Origin: an uncultured Prevotellaceae bacterium
GTDB taxonomy: Bacteria > Bacteroidota > Bacteroidia > Bacteroidales > Bacteroidaceae
DNA length: 64,000 nt
Assembly: GCA_900557555.1 (NCBI GenBank)
Contig: USTH01000001.1
Span: 1,887 to 65,886 of the forward strand
Direction of reading: 5' to 3'
Positions 10,150-16,338 of the stretch are shown piece after piece (within the stretch, counting starts at the first letter, position 1; each line of letters opens with the position of its first letter). The translations under genes and the position numbers were made by a program. Below the pieces are notes generated by a model, which searched no databases, was not told the origin of the DNA, and saw nothing but the letters and a program-made list of their open reading frames with translations.

Positions 10150-10332
10150 CCCAAATCGGTCATTAGGTCGTATTTGATATGTTTTCATAACTTCTTGTTG
10201 CCTTTTGTTTTTTATAAGGCATCTGGCGCCTGTTTTTTGCTCGAAATAGCCCGCTATTACTCACAAAAACAGCAAGCGACATCTGCTCTCCTAAAAATTC
10301 AAAATACAATAAGTCCTAACGACCAAATTGGG
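10150..10332. mobile_element. MITE-like non-autonomous element, full-length copy (~183 bp)
   Basis: Left TIR cccaaatcggtcattaggtcg (10150-10170). Right TIR gtcctaacgaccaaattggg (10313-10332) is its imperfect reverse complement. The structured interior is homologous, in opposite orientation, to the copy at 58921-59100. No coding capacity. Confidence 0.7.
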
Positions 10333-10420
10333 ATAAACGACTAACACTATTTTGTCAGACTACTTAGATGGTCAATGTTGTTGAGGAAATGTGCAGTTTG
10401 GCACGAACCACCCACATGCA

Positions 10421-10890
10421 GTTTTATCATTCCTCTAAAAATCTTTGGGGACAATAGTCCACGTTGCGAATGGGATTTTTTATTCCCATTATAGCCGGAC
10501 ATACCCACGACCCATAGAGCACCACCTTGAGCTTGAGGCTCTTGCCACCTGACTTCGGGGCGGTCACCTGATACCAATCCTTTCCCAGATAGGTCACATC
10601 ATAGCCACCTTGGGCGAACTCACGGTAAGAACAGGGCAAAAACATGTCTGCCCTATTGTCTTTCTTGGCAATCTGGCTGTCTGCCATAGCCACCAAGCGT
10701 TGAGGCAAGGAGTAGAAATAGCTCTTGCGAAGCTTCTTGAGATTATTATCCGAAGACAGCAGATTATTATAGAACTGACGTACGAATGCCATCCTACGCT
10801 CGTTAACCTTGGTAGCGAAGCGGTCGAAGTCTGCCTCGGTCACTAGTAACCGTCTCCCGGTTTCTTTGTAAATTATCGGACAAAGATATT
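10421..10890. repeat. Direct repeat, copy A (~470 bp, ~97% identical to 14322-14791)
   Basis: Aligned by eye at a constant offset of 3901 bp with about 14 mismatches. Positions 10569-10807 show no mismatch. The repeat covers the 3' ~430 bp of the lipoprotein gene, the ATGA junction and the first 4 codons (MIKL) of the downstream gene. Confidence 0.9.
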
Positions 10891-11731
10891 CTAAAAACAT
10901 ATAATCTTTGTCATTTGTCGAGAACCCCCACATCTTGCTACCAACATTTGCTTTGTAGCTTGTGTCAATAACGTCTACGTTCATTTTTTGGTTTTTAACT
11001 CCCACAATAACAGGATTTAGGTATTTTCCGGTATACATTATTTTTACAGAAACAGTGTCGTTACCTTTTGGCAAGAAGATGTCATACCACCCATTGCCTT
11101 AGTATTCCACTTTATATAGTGTTGGATCCTTATCTATACCTTCGGTTGGCTTAAATATCTGCCAGCCAGCTAAATCAGAAAAGATGTTTTTGCATTTAAC
11201 AGCCTTTACTTTGTCTTGTATGACATGCGAGACCATTGGCAAGTATGCCTTGGAGAACACATCATACACAAAATCGCTCCTGCTCATCATTGCTACCATC
11301 TTGCATATATCTTTTCTTGTAACTTCCTGCATACTCTCTTTAAATTTTTCCATATCGCATTCCGAGACATAGCCTTCGGGACAAAATACTGCATAACTAT
11401 AGTCTCTCAACAAATAGTGCGTGTGTGTAGTAGCATGTTGAACAGGAAAACGAAGAGGGGTATTACCGTTATAACTACTTTGGGTTGCAGTACCTTCAAA
11501 ACTACCTTGGCTAAAAACAATCGTACCCTCAAAATTAGGAGGTCTGGTACCAAAAGCAACTTGATCCGGTGTTATGTCTGCTGTCGTTGCTTTATGTGCA
11601 TAGCTATAATCTATTTTGGGGTCATCAATTTGTATCGTATTAGTATACCCCAAATAACGAAGCTTCCAGTCAGAACACGAAGCAACAATAGACAAGCAAA
11701 TCAACATTACATATTTCAAGAAATATTGCAT
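10427..11731 (-). pseudogene. Tandem-domain lipoprotein paralog interrupted by an in-frame TAA
   Basis: ORFs 11099-11731 and 10427-11074 lie in the same frame and together align along the full 420-aa protein at 14328-15590. TAA at 11099-11101 replaces the Lys codon in KV(K/E)Y-K-NGGW. The signal peptide with lipobox (LSIVASCSD) is intact. Confidence 0.75.
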
Positions 11732-11792
11732 GACACAAGTCTTATTTCTGGTTTCTCATTATAACAACTAACAAAAAATGTCATCACTATAT

Positions 11793-12317
11793 TTATAACA
11801 ATATTCTCTTTCTTGATTGTTGAAATTTTTTTTCTCCCTCACTATCATATCGTGTTATGGTTACTTTGAGCTCTTGAGATAAAGAATCCATTGAGCAATC
11901 GAAATCCATCAGGCCGGAAGAGGATTCTAAAGTAAAATCCTTTGAACCACCAACTATGCCATAGAGACTAAATGGCTCATAATACGTTCCACTTCTTTTT
12001 GTTCCAGAAGGTATTCCTGCACAAGATAACTGAACTCTATCAACTCCTATTTCGGCTTTAGTAACAATAGTGACATCCATATCCTCCACCTTTTCATACG
12101 TAAGTTTAGCACTCCATATAAACGAGCAATCTACATCCCAACTACCCCCATAGGAAGATTGAATCGTGCCATGTCCGCCACCCGATTCACCATAACTTAC
12201 ATTACCTCCGCTCCCTGAGCCAGATCCTTTTTGTGGCATTCTGTTCACTTGTAGTTTGTTTTCTTTTGCATTCTGTTCATTTTCTGCAGAAAATTTAATA
12301 GGTTTAATTGTCTTCAT
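11793..12317 (-). CDS. Gly-rich small protein of unknown function (cassette copy 1)
   Basis: 174 aa with no signal peptide. Paralog of 15575-16168, sharing the core RMP..GSGS...GGGHG...SS(Y/F)GGSWDV.CSF.WS..LTYEKVEDM...YYEPF. Confidence 0.7.
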   Translation of the reverse strand: MKTIKPIKFSAENEQNAKENKLQVNRMPQKGSGSGSGGNVSYGESGGGHGTIQSSYGGSWDVDCSFIWSAKLTYEKVEDMDVTIVTKAEIGVDRVQLSCAGIPSGTKRSGTYYEPFSLYGIVGGSKDFTLESSSGLMDFDCSMDSLSQELKVTITRYDSEGEKKFQQSRKRILL

Positions 12318-12360
12318 AAATCCATATAATTTAATGGTTAATAATAATTTCTTTGCAATG

Positions 12361-12368
12361 CAAATATA
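12361..12368 (-). promoter_or_regulatory. Bacteroidetes-type -7 promoter box (TATATTTG on the minus strand)
   Basis: TAnnTTTG match 44 nt upstream of ATG 12317, with a TTTG further upstream. It lies in the 109-nt AT-rich gap after the GT gene stop. Confidence 0.4.
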
Positions 12369-12426
12369 GTATTATATTTAACGTAAAATAAACAAACAGG
12401 AAACTTTTTCATACATCAAAATATTT

Positions 12427-14331
12427 TTAGTTACAATTCATCATTCGCACAAGTTTTCCTGCGAGTCCATGACATAATGAAAGATCATTGTCAACAGAAT
12501 TCATGACAAACTTCGCTAACGAAATGGCAGGTTTCTCGTATTTCCCTATTCGCATATGCTCAAATACCACAGTTTGTCGCCTCAAACTATCTGAAATATT
12601 GATAGGCAGTTGGTTTATGGCTTCACGTATCTCAGCGAAAAAAGATTCTGCAAAAATACTTTTTCCTTTGTTATTGTACATATGGATGTTGACATACATC
12701 AAAAGTCCTTCCAGACCTTTTTCCAACGTCAAGTCTCTCATACGTAATACGGAGTAATGCATAACCCTCTTATCTATAGCCTCACACACCACAGAAGTAT
12801 CAATATCAACGAGTTCAAGGAAGCGCAAATAATCTAATGCAAAACCGATGCCCAACATGCCCGATTCAAAATCAAGGCTAACGTTGTCTGGAATATTCGT
12901 TATGGTTTTGTTAATGCTAAAGATGCAGAAATCACTAATTGGCGCCACCTTATATTTGTGTGCATACTCCATCAGTGCCACAACTACCCCTATTCTACCA
13001 GTGAGGAAACCTCGCGAAACCATATCATTGCACTTCAACATCAACCTATAGACATCATCTCTGTCAAGTACAGATAAACCATCTTTGTTAGAAACGACAT
13101 CTTTGCCTAATGTCATATCTTCAAACAATCTAAGATACGATTTTTTCATTTGGTTGATGGTATAATGAGCCATATATGTATTGTGGGCATTTACACGCAA
13201 TTGTTGTCGCTGGCTATCATCAAGATGGCACAAGCGTTCGGTTGCCATAATCAGGTTTTGGACATACCTGTTAGGCTTCTCATGATTCTCGATTGGAGCT
13301 ACAACAGCATTATACCCATCACGAAACATAGACCTCAACCCAATACCATCAGATGCGATAATTGGCACTCCGCAAGCAAGCATCTCCACCCCGACATAGC
13401 CAAGCTGCTCACAATAAGACGGGATAATGCCAATGTCTGCGATGTGATACCACATCATCAGTTCAGATTTAGCTACATGCCCCGCATAAATTATCTTGGT
13501 GCGGTTTTTCGGACATAGTCTCAATACAGTTTCTATATCATACACATTGCCCAGTATCACAAGTTTTAGTCTGTGGAAGCGCAATGCCAATTCCTCAAAA
13601 GCACTCAACATAGCCTCGAAGCCCTTGCACTTGGTTGTTCTCCCAACAAACAGCATTATTTGATCATCTTGATTCACACCCAGCAGAGCCTTTATTTTTT
13701 CTTTGTTTTCACTTTGCAGAGAGTGAATCTCTCTACCATGAGGAATGAAACTTATCTTCTGTTTGTCAACTTCATAGATTGTCTTTAACAGTTCCATCGT
13801 ATCACGATTCAAGACAATCACCCGACCCGCAAGTTGATACATCTCCTTTTCACGCACCGCCAAACGTTTCAGCATGAGATACCTACCTGTACCATCTCCC
13901 TGAGAATCTGATTCGTTCATGATAGTTTTGAATTTCTCTATATCACCAAGAAGTCTCTCAGTCCATATTTGGTCATGAATAATAAAGACAGTCTTTGACA
14001 ATGGAAAATATTCTTTCAGTCCTCTCAACAATGCGTCACAGAGGAAATAATTCAACAAGAATACATTCTCTTCGGCATCATTCACCTCCATTCTTATAAT
14101 AGAAAGACCTATCTCATAATTATCCAAAAATGCACCTCCACAGAAAAATGGAAATCGCATATAAGTCACACCATCTCTATCTTCCTTCTGAAAGGAGCTA
14201 ACACTATCATTAAACGATAATATCGTAATCTGTATCTCCTCTGACAGGCATTGACACAGATCAAAAACATATGTGCCAATTCCATTTTGGGAGGAATTGG
14301 CACATTCATCGAAAACATACAGTTTTATCAT
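12427..14331 (-). CDS. Glycosyltransferase (GT-B, GT4/GT1-like) fused to a C-terminal LanC-like repeat domain
   Basis: Start is set at MIKLYVFDE (ATG 14331), which overlaps the upstream TGA as ATGA. The N-terminal ~410 aa carry GT-B hallmarks (LFVGR...KG, EQLGYVGVEMLACGVPIIASD). The C-terminal ~225 aa carry repeated G..G helix motifs (GRIGVVVAL, GMLGIGFAL, GLEGLLMY) and a terminal LCHGLAG. The GT call is confident and the LanC-like call is tentative. Confidence 0.65.
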   Translation of the reverse strand: MIKLYVFDECANSSQNGIGTYVFDLCQCLSEEIQITILSFNDSVSSFQKEDRDGVTYMRFPFFCGGAFLDNYEIGLSIIRMEVNDAEENVFLLNYFLCDALLRGLKEYFPLSKTVFIIHDQIWTERLLGDIEKFKTIMNESDSQGDGTGRYLMLKRLAVREKEMYQLAGRVIVLNRDTMELLKTIYEVDKQKISFIPHGREIHSLQSENKEKIKALLGVNQDDQIMLFVGRTTKCKGFEAMLSAFEELALRFHRLKLVILGNVYDIETVLRLCPKNRTKIIYAGHVAKSELMMWYHIADIGIIPSYCEQLGYVGVEMLACGVPIIASDGIGLRSMFRDGYNAVVAPIENHEKPNRYVQNLIMATERLCHLDDSQRQQLRVNAHNTYMAHYTINQMKKSYLRLFEDMTLGKDVVSNKDGLSVLDRDDVYRLMLKCNDMVSRGFLTGRIGVVVALMEYAHKYKVAPISDFCIFSINKTITNIPDNVSLDFESGMLGIGFALDYLRFLELVDIDTSVVCEAIDKRVMHYSVLRMRDLTLEKGLEGLLMYVNIHMYNNKGKSIFAESFFAEIREAINQLPINISDSLRRQTVVFEHMRIGKYEKPAISLAKFVMNSVDNDLSLCHGLAGKLVRMMNCN

Positions 14332-14791
14332 TCCTCTGAAAATCTTTGAGGACAATAGTCCACGTTGCGAATGGGATTTTTTATTCCCATTATAGCCGGG
14401 CAGACCCACGGCCCATAGAGCACCACCTTGAGCTTGAGGCTATTGCCACTTGACTTCGGGGCGGTCACTTGATACCAATCCTTTCCCAGATAGGTCACAT
14501 CATAGCCACCTTGGGCGAACTCACGGTAAGAACAGGGCAAAAACATGTCTGCCCTATTGTCTTTCTTGGCAATCTGGCTGTCTGCCATAGCCACCAAGCG
14601 TTGAGGCAAGGAGTAGAAATAGCTCTTGCGAAGCTTCTTGAGATTATTATCCGAAGACAGCAGATTATTATAGAACTGACGTACGAATGCCATCCTACGC
14701 TCGTTAACTTTGGTAGCGAAGCGGTCGAAGTCTGCCTCGGTCACAAGTGACCGCCTCCCGGTTTCTTTGTAAATTATCGGACAAAGATATT
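14322..14791. repeat. Direct repeat, copy B (partner of 10421-10890)
   Basis: See copy A. It covers the 3' end of the intact lipoprotein gene and the true 5' end of the GT fusion gene. Confidence 0.9.
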
Positions 14792-15590
14792 CAAAAAACA
14801 TGTAATCATCATCGTACAGAGTATAACCCAACATCTTGTTTGTGTTTTTGGGTTTGTAACCAACATCGCAGATGTCTATATTCATTTTTCTATTTCTGAC
14901 ACCCACTATTACAGGGTTGAGATGCTTACCCGAATACTCCACTTTTATAGATACTGTATCTGTTTCTCCTTGGCAGAAAATATCAAACCACCCTCCGTTT
15001 TTGTATTTCACTTTATAAAATGTCGTTTCATTGTCTACTCCATTTGTAGGTTTAAGAATCTGCCAACCACCTAAGTCACGATATTGATTGTTGCTAACAA
15101 CGGATTCAATCTTCTTCTTAACACTGGCAGACAAATATGGCATATACATCTTGTTAAACCTGTCATAGACGAAAACATTCTTATCCATTGCCGCAAGCAT
15201 TCTCAAGAGACACCTTCTTGTGACCTTATGCATTAGGTCTTTCAGTTTCTCTATGTCATACTCCGACACATATCCTTCTGGGCAAAACACTGCATAGCGG
15301 TAGTCTCGTAGCAGATAGTGACCATGTGTATTACCACCAAGACCATAAAAGTGTCGATATCCCATTATACTGCTACCTTCATATTGTCCGTCCCGTCCAT
15401 AGTCCGTTTTATCTCCCAGCGAACGCATTAGGACAAACTCATTGGGAGCTCTGCCCCATTCTCCGTAATCTATTTTAGGGTCATAACCACCCCAATAAGT
15501 GTATCCCAAATACTGATACCTTCTTTCAGTACAAGAGAACAACAGGTGCAGCACGAAGCCAAGAATAATGACTTTTAAGAAAGTACGCAT
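14328..15590 (-). CDS. Tandem-domain lipoprotein of unknown function (cassette copy 2, intact)
   Basis: 420 aa with signal peptide and lipobox (LHLLFSCTE). Two internally similar halves each end in ...GG(W/Y)...strand-rich segment...(V/I)(V/M)G(V/I)(R/K)N. The C-terminal ~145 aa are nearly identical to the paralog at 10427-11074. Confidence 0.8.
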   Translation of the reverse strand: MRTFLKVIILGFVLHLLFSCTERRYQYLGYTYWGGYDPKIDYGEWGRAPNEFVLMRSLGDKTDYGRDGQYEGSSIMGYRHFYGLGGNTHGHYLLRDYRYAVFCPEGYVSEYDIEKLKDLMHKVTRRCLLRMLAAMDKNVFVYDRFNKMYMPYLSASVKKKIESVVSNNQYRDLGGWQILKPTNGVDNETTFYKVKYKNGGWFDIFCQGETDTVSIKVEYSGKHLNPVIVGVRNRKMNIDICDVGYKPKNTNKMLGYTLYDDDYMFFEYLCPIIYKETGRRSLVTEADFDRFATKVNERRMAFVRQFYNNLLSSDNNLKKLRKSYFYSLPQRLVAMADSQIAKKDNRADMFLPCSYREFAQGGYDVTYLGKDWYQVTAPKSSGNSLKLKVVLYGPWVCPAIMGIKNPIRNVDYCPQRFSEE

Positions 15591-16168
15591 GACATAAGTC
15601 TTATCTCAGGTTTATTACCGGAATCATTAATAAAAAAAATGAATTCCATACCTATTCGCTTCTTTTCTGTTTTTGTTGTTGAAGAAATTTCCTTGCCATT
15701 CTTATCATATTCTCTTACTACAACTTTAAATTCTTCCTCTGAAGTATTTGTAGACCAAGCAATGTCATGCAAGCCCATTGAAGACTCCTTCATACTTCCA
15801 TCCGAGCCAACGTTCATACCCTGGTTAAACGGCTCGTAATATTTGCCATCTACAGTTGTTCCGGCTGGCACACCACGACAAGATACAACAATATTACTAA
15901 GGGTTACAACTGCCTTAGTAACAACAATCGCATTCATGTCCTCAACTTTTTCGTATGTAAGTTCTGAAGACCACCGAAAAGAACAACTGACATCCCACGA
16001 GCCACCAAAGGACGAAGAAACAGAACCATGTCCTCCACCATAATCATTACCTTTAATGGTTTCTTCACTTCCAGAGCCACTTGGTGGCATTCTCTTTACA
16101 TGTACCTCGGTCTTGTTTGCGTCACACTCTCTCTGTACAGAAAAACTCGCTGATTTAATCTCTTTCAT
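15575..16168 (-). CDS. Gly-rich small protein of unknown function (cassette copy 2)
   Basis: 197 aa with no signal peptide. Paralog of 11793-12317. A ~24-aa C-terminal extension reads through sequence that is intergenic in copy 1 and overlaps the lipoprotein start by 16 nt. Confidence 0.7.
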   Translation of the reverse strand: MKEIKSASFSVQRECDANKTEVHVKRMPPSGSGSEETIKGNDYGGGHGSVSSSFGGSWDVSCSFRWSSELTYEKVEDMNAIVVTKAVVTLSNIVVSCRGVPAGTTVDGKYYEPFNQGMNVGSDGSMKESSMGLHDIAWSTNTSEEEFKVVVREYDKNGKEISSTTKTEKKRIGMEFIFFINDSGNKPEIRLMSCVLS

Positions 16169-16217
16169 TACACAATAATTTTTACAGGTTAAACAATAAG
16201 ATTTTATTTACACTCTG

Positions 16218-16225
16218 CAAATATA
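16218..16225 (-). promoter_or_regulatory. Bacteroidetes-type -7 promoter box (TATATTTG on the minus strand)
   Basis: TAnnTTTG match ~50 nt upstream of ATG 16168, in the 170-nt AT-rich gap downstream of the LRR gene. Confidence 0.4.
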
Positions 16226-16338
16226 ATTATTTATTTTTACAAACAGAGTTTTATTAACGAAAAACGATACAACGGAGACTGTAGGGCAAACTTTTCTGTC
16301 TGTCCATGTTTTCTTCCAAGAACCGATATTCCCTATCC

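Noticed and set aside
10347-10577. 76-aa ORF overlapping the 3' end of the interrupted lipoprotein gene.
   Set aside because: Only its last part (MIKL...) corresponds to a real start, duplicated from the GT gene. After 4 codons homology to the GT gene ends and a stop follows 23 codons later. It is treated as a duplication remnant rather than a gene.
10427-16168. Canonical lanthipeptide or GG-leader bacteriocin gene cluster.
   Set aside because: No LanB/LanM/LanKC dehydratase, no peptidase-domain ABC exporter and no short precursor ORFs are visible. The N-termini of P1/P2 only loosely resemble Bacteroidetes GG-type leaders, and the proteins are 174-197 aa. The LanC-like similarity is therefore reported only as a domain-level oddity.
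16169-16338. Invertible-promoter (phase-variation) switch in the intergenic regions of the accessory locus.
   Set aside because: Only a weak 6-bp inverted repeat (actctg...cagagt) flanks the candidate promoter, and no site-specific recombinase gene lies nearby.
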